A stretch of 64,000 bases of DNA from Bacillota bacterium (GTDB taxonomy: Bacteria > Bacillota > Clostridia > Acetivibrionales > DTU013): positions 1,714-65,713 of the forward strand of contig JAEWQC010000276.1 of the NCBI GenBank assembly GCA_023399355.1. The letters run 5' to 3'. The notes below the pieces were generated by a model that was given only the letters and a program-made list of their open reading frames with translations, was not told the origin of the DNA and did not search any database. Shown here in pieces: positions 56,021-64,000 of this stretch. The translations under genes and the position numbers were made by a program. How positions within the stretch are numbered: the stretch's first letter is position 1; each line of letters opens with the position of its first letter.

Positions 56021-56896
56021 CTATTCAAATTGTTCCAGCGTAATCAGTCCGTATTTCAAGCCTTTGATTACCGCTTCTGCACCACAGCCTGCGTCAAGTA
56101 TTTTGAAAAGGTTCTTCTTGTGATATTTGTATGTAGCATAATTCATGTTCATTTCTATCGCAATTGCTTTATCTGTAAAACCTTTTGCCAGGTAGACCAG
56201 GATTTTCTCCTGTTTGCCATTTAGGACTTTTTCCTCAATCCCTTTACATTTGCAATAGCGGCAAATAATCTGAAGAACAGCAAAGTCCATGAATTTTAAG
56301 ACTCTATCCAAAGCTTCCTTTTCCGAAGCGATCGCAAAAATGTATCCAATGGGCAGGTTATTTTTTTCAATAGGAACTAAATAGGAATAATATTTGTGCC
56401 CTTCCAAATCATGATAACCGGGAGGAAATAAAACAGACTTATTCCATTTCTTTGGTATAAAAAAGGTATTCAATCCCGCAATCCATTCTCTACACTGAAT
56501 TCCCGTACATATATTCAATTTGTTCAGTTTGTTTTTTGTTTCAACATCTGAAACGATTTGCAATAAAATGTATTTTGTATTTAAAAGAAAAAATGCATAG
56601 TTGAAGTCATTAAAAAATATGCTGATTTGATCCATGGTTTCTTTAAATATGGAAATAAGTTTATCATTTTTATGCAGAATATCTTCCAACACTTCCTTTT
56701 CTGTCTTATTCCTTTCAATAAATAAGCATCCGTCTTCCATACTTGTTTCCCGTGAAGAAAGAATTTCTTCAAATAGCTCTATTTTCCTCATTACCGCTGG
56801 TCCTCCCATTCCCTTATTTATTCTAATAATACTACACATAGGTATAATATTATGTAAAATTATACCATTCTTTTGAATTTTTGTAAATATTTTCAT
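56021..56896 (-). CDS. LuxR-family transcriptional regulator with uncharacterised N-terminal domain
   Basis: C-terminal HTH LNGKQEKILVYLAKGFTDKAIAIEMNMNYATYKYHKKNLFKIL. The likely start is the internal ATG at 56791 (MRKIELFEE) with GGGAGGA RBS. Confidence 0.75.
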   Translation of the reverse strand: MKIFTKIQKNGIILHNIIPMCSIIRINKGMGGPAVMRKIELFEEILSSRETSMEDGCLFIERNKTEKEVLEDILHKNDKLISIFKETMDQISIFFNDFNYAFFLLNTKYILLQIVSDVETKNKLNKLNICTGIQCREWIAGLNTFFIPKKWNKSVLFPPGYHDLEGHKYYSYLVPIEKNNLPIGYIFAIASEKEALDRVLKFMDFAVLQIICRYCKCKGIEEKVLNGKQEKILVYLAKGFTDKAIAIEMNMNYATYKYHKKNLFKILDAGCGAEAVIKGLKYGLITLEQFE

Positions 56897-57000
56897 TTCT
56901 ATATTGCTTTTTATATTAATATGTCAGATAATTAATGTAAAGTAATATTTTACCAGTTTTTTCAGGTTATTTTTGATTAATTTTATTTGTGAGGTGACGT

Positions 57001-58956
57001 ATGAATAATGATAGTATGGAAATTTTCGTTCCCGGGCGCTTATGCTTGTTTGGAGAACACTCGGACTGGGCCGGCGGGTATAGAAGAATCAATGCGGATA
57101 TTCTACCCGGAATGGCGATTGTAAGTGGAATCAATCAGGGAATCAGAGCACGTATCACAAGATCGAGGGACCTGCAAGTCAAATCCGTATTGCCGGATGG
57201 AAGCAGGACGGACTGCTTCGAAGCTCCCATGGACGTAAAAGCACTGAAAGAACTGGCTGCGGAGGGCGGTTTCTTTTCATATACTGCGGGAGTAGCGGCA
57301 TATATCCTGGAGCATTACAGAGTGGATGGCGTGTACATCGATTGTTATGAAATGACACTGCCGATAAAAAAAGGCCTCTCCTCAAGTGCCGCCATCAGTG
57401 TTCTGACCGCAAGAGCTTTTAACAAACTTTATAATCTGAAGCTAAATATACTGGGTGAAATGGAAATTGCATACAGAGGCGAGACATTGACCCCTTCAAG
57501 GTGCGGGAGAATGGATCAGGCCTGTGCTTATGGGCAGAAGCCTATTCTGATGGTTTTTGACGGTGATTCGATCGATGTCAGGCAAATCAAGGTTTCAACA
57601 CCTATGTACTGGGTTTACGCCGATTTGAACAGGAAGAAGGATACCCGGAAAATCCTGTCTGATCTGAACAAGTGCTACCCATTTGCTCAAAATGAATTGG
57701 ATAAGGCCGTGCAGGATGCTTTGGGCAAATACAACCAAAGAATCATCAAAAATGTCATCAAGGCATTTGAGGCTGGAGATGTCCGTAAAATAGGGGAATT
57801 AATGGTCAGGGCACAGGATATTTTTGATAAAATGGTGATGCCGGCCTCCCCGAAAGAACTGACTGCTCCGGTACTCCACTCGGTTTTGAAAGATGAACTC
57901 GTGAAAAAACTGGTGTGGGGAGGAAAAGGGGTAGGCTCCCAAGGTGACTGTACCGTTCAGTTTTTGACCAAAGGCAGGAAAGAACAGAAGGAGTTGATTG
58001 ATTATTTGAATGATAAGAAATCATTTATAGCCTATCCGTTCGATATCAGTGCCTATAAAAGTGTCCGAAAGGCAGTGGTACCATTAGCGGGGTACGGGAC
58101 CAGACTATTTCCGGCTTCAAAAGCCGTCAAGAAGGGAATGTTCCCGATCGTTGACAATGACGGCATTGCAAAACCGGCTTTGCTGATTCTTCTGGAAGAA
58201 CTTTACAAGGCGGGAATAGAAGAAATATGCCTTATTATTACCGAGGACGATGAAGCAATTTATAAAGGGATTTTCGAATATGAGTCGCCTGAAGAGTATT
58301 CTCAGAAACTCTCCCCTTCCATGCGTGAATATGATCAAAAGATAAGAAGGATCGGTGAAATAATCACCTTTGCCTATCAAAAGGAACGCCTCGGATTTGG
58401 ACATGCAGTCTATCAATGCAAGGATTTTACAAAGAAAGAACCCTTTCTTCTTGTCCTTGGCGATCACATTTTCTATTCCAAAACGGACAAGCCCTGTGCT
58501 TCTCAGGCCATTGACGCATTTGAACTGAGCAATGAGCTGACGATCCTGATACAGGAAGTGCCTTTGGAACAGGTTTCTTACTATGGTATTGTGGGCGGAA
58601 CATGGTCTGATCCGAACGAAAAACTTCTGGCAGTCTCAGAGGTATGCGAAAAGCCAACTCCTGAATATGCCAGGGAAAACCTGGGCATTAAAATGAAAAA
58701 TGGCGAGATCAGGTATTATTCCGTATTCGGGCAATATGTACTAACGCCTGAGGTATATGATATCCTCGAAGAAAACATCAGTAATCACAAAATTGAAAAG
58801 GGGGAATATCAGCTGACTTCCGTCCTGGAGGATATGCGGAAAAAGAACGGCATGTATGCTTTTGTACCGGATGGAGACCGGTTCGATATCGGAATTCCTG
58901 AGGCATATCGGAATACCATCTGGAATTTTCCAAAAGGATTGGCAATCAATTCCTAG
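57001..58956 (+). CDS. Bifunctional GHMP sugar kinase / sugar-1-phosphate nucleotidyltransferase fusion
   Basis: 651 aa. The N-terminal half has PGRLCLFGEHSDWAG and GHMP motif KKGLSSSAAISV. The C-terminal half has AVVPLAGYGTRLFPASKAVKKGMFPI, typical of UTP-glucose-1-phosphate uridylyltransferases. Confidence 0.75.
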   Translation: MNNDSMEIFVPGRLCLFGEHSDWAGGYRRINADILPGMAIVSGINQGIRARITRSRDLQVKSVLPDGSRTDCFEAPMDVKALKELAAEGGFFSYTAGVAAYILEHYRVDGVYIDCYEMTLPIKKGLSSSAAISVLTARAFNKLYNLKLNILGEMEIAYRGETLTPSRCGRMDQACAYGQKPILMVFDGDSIDVRQIKVSTPMYWVYADLNRKKDTRKILSDLNKCYPFAQNELDKAVQDALGKYNQRIIKNVIKAFEAGDVRKIGELMVRAQDIFDKMVMPASPKELTAPVLHSVLKDELVKKLVWGGKGVGSQGDCTVQFLTKGRKEQKELIDYLNDKKSFIAYPFDISAYKSVRKAVVPLAGYGTRLFPASKAVKKGMFPIVDNDGIAKPALLILLEELYKAGIEEICLIITEDDEAIYKGIFEYESPEEYSQKLSPSMREYDQKIRRIGEIITFAYQKERLGFGHAVYQCKDFTKKEPFLLVLGDHIFYSKTDKPCASQAIDAFELSNELTILIQEVPLEQVSYYGIVGGTWSDPNEKLLAVSEVCEKPTPEYARENLGIKMKNGEIRYYSVFGQYVLTPEVYDILEENISNHKIEKGEYQLTSVLEDMRKKNGMYAFVPDGDRFDIGIPEAYRNTIWNFPKGLAINS

Positions 58957-59114
58957 TTTTCTAATCGTAAAAGGGTATTGCTGATGTTATTTTAGCAATA
59001 CCCTCAAAAAACTAACAAATGATTTTAACTTCACCCATAATATTTATAGCCCCGTACAAGAAGAAGCCCACCTCCACGCGATTGCGATCAATCGGGAGAG
59101 GTTCAACAAGCAGT

Positions 59115-60299
59115 TCAGCCTTTAACCTGCTCTTTTTCAAGCAACTCTTCAATATAGTCGGTTTCTTCGATGAAGCCGCCTTTCTTTACCTCATACTTGA
59201 TTCCTCTCCATGTGACATATTTGTTGTTGAAGGAGAAGATCAGGTAGAAGGTGGCAAATAAATCGAAAAATAACGGAGTGATGATGTCCGCAAGTGCGAT
59301 CCTGTTTCCGGAAACCAACCGCATTGCAAGGCCATGCAAGACCCTCAGGCACATAAAGCCGAGTCCGAGGTATATGATATCCGTGTTCCGGAAAGCAAGG
59401 CCCAGGATTATGATGATCCAGTACCAGAAGATCATGAGTACGAATGTTGGAAGCTCAACAGCAATATGAGCCTTAATACCAACGCCGATCCGTCTGGCAT
59501 AGTTGAAGGATTTCTCCCTGTCCAGCTTCTGCACATGGCATTCAAGGAATGGCCCGAGGAACAGCTTGTAACCCATTTTATAAAGGGTGTTGCCAAGATG
59601 AAGATCTTCCAGCAGTGAACTTCCGAAAGCCTCAAGGCCCCCTATATCCATCAGCAGTTGTTTCCTCATGGCAAAAGCAGCACCGGTCGCACCCAGATCC
59701 ATTCCGACCCTGGTCAGGAACGCCCAGATGAAATCCGTTTCACTGTTCTGTGTAAACGTAAAGAAACGGGTCCAGAAGTCTTTCCCTCCAACATTAACCT
59801 GCCCGCAGGTGGTAATACCGACAGTTTCGTCTTTTAACGGCCGCACCATTTTGACGATAAAGTCCTGTCTGATCCTTATATCGCTATCTCCAAACATAAC
59901 AATACCGTATTTTGCCTTTTTCATACCGTGCACCATATTGGAGCTTTTTCCGTTAAGGCCGGGCAAAACCGGATTCGCGACAATCTGGCAGTCCACTCCG
60001 GGGTATCTGGCAATAATGCCTTTGACGACCGGAATTGCAGGATCATCGGCGTCCTGAAAACTGAATATATGCTGAAGCGGTCCTTTGTAATTCTGTGCAA
60101 ACCAGGTTTCAAGATTTTTTTCCAATTCAAAGTCGAGATCCTTGATAGGGTGGATAATACTAACACCAACCTTCTCATCCTCCCCACCCGATTCAATCAA
60201 TCGGTTTGTCCAATTCATGTGGACTTTGAAAAAGATGAGCTGGGCACACCAAAAAAGGCTGAATAGTATTCCGACAGCTACACAAACATAAAACAACAT
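59115..60299 (-). CDS. Membrane GT2/GT21-like glycosyltransferase (ceramide glucosyltransferase / HpnI-like)
   Basis: 394 aa. N-terminal TM segment, VSIIHPIKDLD, DADDPAIPVV, NGKSSNM, FGDSDIRI, LLEDLHLG and C-terminal TM segments. Confidence 0.65.
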   Translation of the reverse strand: MLFYVCVAVGILFSLFWCAQLIFFKVHMNWTNRLIESGGEDEKVGVSIIHPIKDLDFELEKNLETWFAQNYKGPLQHIFSFQDADDPAIPVVKGIIARYPGVDCQIVANPVLPGLNGKSSNMVHGMKKAKYGIVMFGDSDIRIRQDFIVKMVRPLKDETVGITTCGQVNVGGKDFWTRFFTFTQNSETDFIWAFLTRVGMDLGATGAAFAMRKQLLMDIGGLEAFGSSLLEDLHLGNTLYKMGYKLFLGPFLECHVQKLDREKSFNYARRIGVGIKAHIAVELPTFVLMIFWYWIIIILGLAFRNTDIIYLGLGFMCLRVLHGLAMRLVSGNRIALADIITPLFFDLFATFYLIFSFNNKYVTWRGIKYEVKKGGFIEETDYIEELLEKEQVKG

Positions 60300-60414
60300 G
60301 ATTGTTTTCCCCCATAAAGTAAAGTCATGAATTCATCGTCCCCGACTAATAGGAAACTAATAATATTATATAACGTATCCTTCCATTATACAACCTGAGT
60401 ATTATACAACCCTG

Positions 60415-61146
60415 TCATTTCCCCTTCTTCAGCAGCCTCATCGATTCATTCAAATGAACCAGGATATGTCGCGTACCCGGCATCAGCAGCAAACCGGACC
60501 AGGTTTTACCTCCCCAGTATGCAGCCACTCCACTTGCCTGCGGTACAATATCGCCTTCCCTCACAAGTATTGAAAGACATGCAGGATCGACTTTCTGTTT
60601 CAAGTCCTGCGGCTTCAGAGACAGGATGATTTCCCTGGTTTTTCTCCCTACAGCATTGCGATATTCTCTTAAAGCGCTCCGATCGATCAGTTTGCTGAGT
60701 TCGGTAATTTCTTCCTCATTCATCGCATTTCCAGTATCACGCGCCGACACTTTCAATTTCCCATACCATCCGCCGGTGTCGAAAACTTGCTGTCCCAGGC
60801 CAATCAACACATTCATGGTCATATCCTCTATCCTGGCGGCATGCCACATTTTCCATGCAATGGACTGATCTTCCTCGTGGTACCTGCGGAAAGCCTCATC
60901 GGTCATACCTTCCCACATTTCATCCTCAAAAGAGCACGGAATTGCCGTTGAAGAATCCTGTCCAGGTTTCTGAGAACCTTTTATGTCTGAAGAACAGCCA
61001 ACATCTTTCAATATGGCTCCGGAATGCACCATTGCATGAATTTCAAGGCATATTCCTATGCACTTTTCAAAATTCACCGGCTTCGGCCACGTATCCTGTA
61101 GGATCTTAAACTGCTGATTCCAGTATTTCCTGTTGTGATCCGCCAT
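60415..61146 (-). CDS. Hypothetical protein, possibly DinB-like four-helix-bundle family
   Basis: 243 aa. His-containing helices (LEIHAMVHSG, WHAARIEDM, TRHILVHLNE) are reminiscent of DinB_2-type proteins. Weak call. Confidence 0.3.
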   Translation of the reverse strand: MADHNRKYWNQQFKILQDTWPKPVNFEKCIGICLEIHAMVHSGAILKDVGCSSDIKGSQKPGQDSSTAIPCSFEDEMWEGMTDEAFRRYHEEDQSIAWKMWHAARIEDMTMNVLIGLGQQVFDTGGWYGKLKVSARDTGNAMNEEEITELSKLIDRSALREYRNAVGRKTREIILSLKPQDLKQKVDPACLSILVREGDIVPQASGVAAYWGGKTWSGLLLMPGTRHILVHLNESMRLLKKGK

Positions 61147-61335
61147 AAAACAACCCCCTGTGTCATAATGTCCTGGTCTTTGTTTGCAGCGTTTTTCACA
61201 TGCTGCTTTACATGATCTTCATAATGGGAATTTTGTCTTTCTTATGTTTCTCGTATGCTGCTTTTCACTGTCCATCATATTCCATCATTTTTCCTGTGGA
61301 ATTCACCGCGGTCTTCCGCCGCAACCCGGCAATAA

Positions 61336-61545
61336 TTACTCCGGTGAACTGTCATCCGTTTTTGCGAGTTTCTTGTCAGCTTCTCTTCTTTTCTTTTTGT
61401 TTTTCTGCTCGTCTTCCTTGATTCTGGTCCGTGGATTGATCTTCCAGGTATTCCGCATTTGCAGCATCAGATCTGTCATTGTTTTCTTTTTTCCAGCCAT
61501 ATCCGCTTCCTCCGTCAACAGCTTACCACATTGTTCTTCTAACAT
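61336..61545 (-). CDS. Small highly basic hypothetical protein
   Basis: 69-aa ORF with a Lys/Arg-rich C-terminus (KEDEQKNKKKRREADKKLAK). The alternative start MAGKKKT would give 54 aa. No homology recognised. Confidence 0.25.
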   Translation of the reverse strand: MLEEQCGKLLTEEADMAGKKKTMTDLMLQMRNTWKINPRTRIKEDEQKNKKKRREADKKLAKTDDSSPE

Positions 61546-62005
61546 TGATATTATAAGCCATTCCTATCTTTGTCAATATTTATGTGGGTTTTATACAAGA
61601 GCAGGTTAGTGAAGCCAAAAAGGAACAAAAGCAGCAAAGAATCACCACGGTGACCGCATGAAGCAAAATAATTCCAAATAGCTACAGAACCCAATTTGAT
61701 AAAACTACATGATGAGGAGCAGATTAAATATTGGCTGAAAATATCCCGGAAGGGACTTCTCTGCTGTGATTTGGTTTGCGAATATTATGCTGTCTTGAAG
61801 CGTTTCCCGCATTTATACCTTCAAGGAACTTATACATAGCTCTTCTTATAGCTTTTACGCTGCAACGGTGTAATTTTAATAAACCATGTCAGTGGCTATA
61901 CAGGAAAATATTTTTCATGCGGTAGCCGTGTTTTACCTTCCGGTTAGCATTGACAAAAGGGAGACTCGATTGTATAATATTGAAGTCGGAAGTCAAGAAA
62001 ACTCT

Positions 62006-62079
62006 GCGGGTGTAGTTCAATGGTAGAACATCAGCCTTCCAAGCTGATTGCGTGGGTCCGATTCCCATCACCCGCTCCA
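62006..62079 (+). tRNA. tRNA-Gly (anticodon UCC)
   Basis: GCGGGTG-TA-GTTC-AATGGTA-GAAC-A-TCAGC-CTTCCAA-GCTGA-TTGC-GTGGG-TCCGATT-CCCAT-CACCCGC-T-CCA. Full cloverleaf, 74 nt, encoded CCA. Confidence 0.9.
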
Positions 62080-62128
62080 ATAACTTTTCGACGGATATGG
62101 CCAATGCCCTATCCACAAAAGTGAATAT

Positions 62129-62205
62129 GTGCCTGTAGCTCAGCTGGATAGAGCAACGGATTTCTAATCCGTTGGCCGGGGGTCCGAATCCCTTCAGGCA
62201 CACCA
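62129..62205 (+). tRNA. tRNA-Arg (anticodon UCU)
   Basis: GTGCCTG-TA-GCTC-AGCTGGATA-GAGC-A-ACGGA-TTTCTAA-TCCGT-TGGCC-GGGGG-TCCGAAT-CCCTT-CAGGCAC-A-CCA. 77 nt, encoded CCA. Confidence 0.9.
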
Positions 62206-62208
62206 GTA

Positions 62209-62240
62209 ATACCAGGCCCTCCGGGGTTTGGTATTTTTAT
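62209..62240 (+). terminator. Intrinsic terminator after tRNA-Arg
   Basis: ATACCAGGCCC-TCC-GGGGTTTGGTAT (with G-U pairs) followed by TTTTTATT. Confidence 0.55.
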
Positions 62241-62410
62241 TAGTATCGGCCAATACCGACATTCTACCGGCAACTCACTTTTTACCAACTTTCTACCGAC
62301 AAGTAAATCAGCCCTTTATAATTTCAAGGATATCCATAACTATTCAATCACGTGATAATATAAGATCGGAAGGTGATGGATAAATCAGCTACATCAAAGC
62401 TGCACCCAGA

Positions 62411-62470
62411 GTCCGGATTCCATCAGGCGCACCAGTAATACCAAGCTTTTTGTGGTTTGGTATTTTTATT
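62411..62470 (+). repeat. Diverged duplicate of the tRNA-Arg 3' end plus its terminator
   Basis: GTCCGGATTCCATCAGGCGCACCAGTAATACCAAGCTTTTTGTGGTTTGGTATTTTTATT aligns base for base with 62182-62241, with about 11 mismatches in 60 nt. Confidence 0.8.
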
Positions 62471-62690
62471 TCGTATAGACCAAAATCAATAACCTTCATT
62501 CATTTATGATATAATTAACCGTCAACGTCAAATATTGCCGTTTAGAGAATATAGTACAGAAAAATTGTTATGGGTATGATATGTGCTGTTACTATTATTA
62601 CAGGAATTCGTTTAGCGATTGAAAAACGCTAGAAAAAGCGCTTCAGATCTTCAGACGGAGTAACGTCCCCAATTGAAGCCGCGAGGTTCA

Positions 62691-62725
62691 GCCAAGGTAA
62701 ACAAGCCTGCTTTTTTACCTTGGCT
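62691..62725. terminator. Hairpin downstream of the abrB-like gene (possible terminator)
   Basis: GCCAAGGTAAA-N13-TTTACCTTGGC, with outer arms GCGAGG/CCTCGC extending it to 62681-62740. The U-run is inside rather than after the stem, so function is uncertain. Confidence 0.3.
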
Positions 62726-62748
62726 GGATGAATCCCTCGCAGTTGCAA

Positions 62749-62988
62749 TTAATTCTTCAGTTCATCAATGCAGTTTTTACAAATATTCTTGCCCTTAAAG
62801 TCAACGATATCGTTTGCTTCTCCACAAAAAACACAGCCTGGCTCATACTTCTTGAAAATAATGTTTGCTCCATCGACATAGATCTCCAGAGCGTCCTTTT
62901 CAGCTATATCGAGTGTCCTTCTCAGTTCTATCGGAAGTACTATTCGTCCAAGCTCGTCAACATTCCTTACTATCCCTGTAGCTTTCAT
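62749..62988 (-). CDS. abrB: AbrB/SpoVT-family transition-state regulator
   Basis: 79 aa. MKATGIVRNVDELGRIVLPIELRRTLDIAEKDALEIYVDG is the canonical AbrB swapped-hairpin N-domain. C-terminal CVFCGE...CKNC. Confidence 0.85.
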   Translation of the reverse strand: MKATGIVRNVDELGRIVLPIELRRTLDIAEKDALEIYVDGANIIFKKYEPGCVFCGEANDIVDFKGKNICKNCIDELKN

Positions 62989-63193
62989 AAATTAACTCCT
63001 GTTTCCTTTTTTGTACATTATAACATAGTATGTCTTTTTGCACACCAAAATATAAGTGTTTGCCAAAGTTTAGTTAAAGTCCGGTAATATTTATTATGCG
63101 AAAAGATCTTTATTTCCCCCGTACTGTTTTCGTTCAGCCTGTCATTTTCAGGTATCCGCAGCTTCTCCATCCTCTTTTCGGCATCAGGCGGCG

Positions 63194-64000
63194 TTAACCT
63201 ACAATAACATCACTTCCCTTTATATATTTTAAAATCATCTTGTTCAATTCCTCCAAATCAACCGGTTTGGACAAATAATCGTTCATTCCCGCAGCAAGGC
63301 ATTTCTCACGGTCTCCGCTCATAGCCATGGCGGTAACCGCAATGATGGGAATATCCATGTAATCTCTTTTTCCCCGGATGATTTTAGTTAGAGTAATTCC
63401 GTCCATATCAGGCATCTGGATATCCATCATGATAATATCATAGTGATTCATTGCCAGCAGTTCAAGGGCGCTTGCCGCATCATTTGCCAAAACAGCTGAA
63501 TACCCCATGATTACAAGGTATTTTTCAAAAACAATGCCGTTAATTGGGTTGTCTTCAACGACGAGTATCCTGATCCCTGTCTGTACTGCCGTCTGCGTAT
63601 CCACACCCGCGATATTCTCCTGCGATCCTGCCTGCGATATTTCTTCCGCATCCTTGCATATGGTAAAAGGTATGACACAGGTAAAAGTGCTTCCTTCCCC
63701 CAAGCGGCTGTCTGCAGTTATTTTCCCGTTCATCAGTTCTGCAAGTTTCAGAGAAATGGGAAGTCCAAGCCCGGTTCCGCCATACTTCTTTGTAATGGAA
63801 CTGTCCGCTTGCGTAAAACTGTTAAATATAATATTAAGTTTATCCTTCTCTATCCCAATACCGGTATCTGTCACGGAAATTTCTATCAATGCCGTATCAC
63901 CGGCAATCAACATGTCCTTCCTGTTTGCATTGATCGATATCTCCCCCGATGTGGTAAATTTTACTGCGTTGCCTGTAAGGTTGTTCAATATCTGCTTCAG
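63194..64000 (-). CDS. Hybrid sensor histidine kinase / response regulator, C-terminal part (gene continues past right edge)
   Basis: HATPase_c blocks NLTGNAVKFT, DTGIGI and GGTGLGL, followed by a receiver domain (ILVVEDNPIN, DIIMMDIQMPDMDG, SKP). Confidence 0.85.
   Translation of the reverse strand: MKQILNNLTGNAVKFTTSGEISINANRKDMLIAGDTALIEISVTDTGIGIEKDKLNIIFNSFTQADSSITKKYGGTGLGLPISLKLAELMNGKITADSRLGEGSTFTCVIPFTICKDAEEISQAGSQENIAGVDTQTAVQTGIRILVVEDNPINGIVFEKYLVIMGYSAVLANDAASALELLAMNHYDIIMMDIQMPDMDGITLTKIIRGKRDYMDIPIIAVTAMAMSGDREKCLAAGMNDYLSKPVDLEELNKMILKYIKGSDVIVG

Noticed and set aside
61621-61860. Open frame FQIATEPNLIKLHDEEQIKYWLKISRKGLLCCDLVCEYYAVLKRFPHLYLQGTYT with no ATG
   Set aside because: It has no start codon, no RBS and no recognisable homology. 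It is possibly a gene remnant but cannot be supported.

Overview
Chromosomal segment of a low-GC Gram-positive anaerobe, Clostridia-like by gene content (SLH-anchored enzyme, AbrB, YerC/TrpR-like protein, SecA with C-terminal zinc finger). Nearly all genes are on the minus strand. 1-24 kb is ordinary: a LacI-controlled sugar locus (GH65-type phosphorylase fragment, lipoprotein SBP, two permeases, GH125-like hydrolase), a preQ1-I riboswitch with terminator upstream of queT, an esterase, an SLH-anchored GH18, thrC, a patatin-like lipase, a TPR protein, folC, secA, yerC-like, a GNAT-like gene and an orphan lipoprotein SBP fusion. From about 24.2 kb to 62.5 kb the window looks accessory and is punctuated by tRNA scars. 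At 24.3 kb a degenerate tRNA 3' remnant with its terminator abuts four 42-bp tandem hairpin repeats. At 32441 and 34125 a 42-bp direct repeat of a tRNA-Thr-like 3' end brackets a decayed mini-island (HigB/HigA-like pair, RhuM pseudogene, small HTH). At 62.0-62.5 kb lie intact tRNA-Gly and tRNA-Arg plus a diverged copy of the tRNA-Arg tail. The accessory region holds three main items. (a) A beta/gamma-crystallin-repeat protein fused to a PHP metallohydrolase. (b) An AT-rich two-gene operon (902 aa + 393 aa) with no family I recognise, a candidate unknown defence or toxin system. (c) A ~21.4 kb single-strand operon (34297-55738). It combines type II FAS/PKS-like enzymes, Hbd/Crt-type enzymes, two radical SAM enzymes, an ABC-2 exporter, five glycosyltransferases and a PPTase. 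It also has a second carrier protein, an ATP-grasp ligase and a stand-alone condensation domain. Flanking it are a LuxR regulator, a sugar-kinase/nucleotidyltransferase fusion and a GT21-like transferase. I rate this operon the best candidate for an undescribed system, namely a glycolipid or lipo-glyco-amino-acid pathway. Its only sizeable internal gap carries a 24-bp (8-codon) tandem repeat. All functional calls come from motif recognition by eye; no database search was run.
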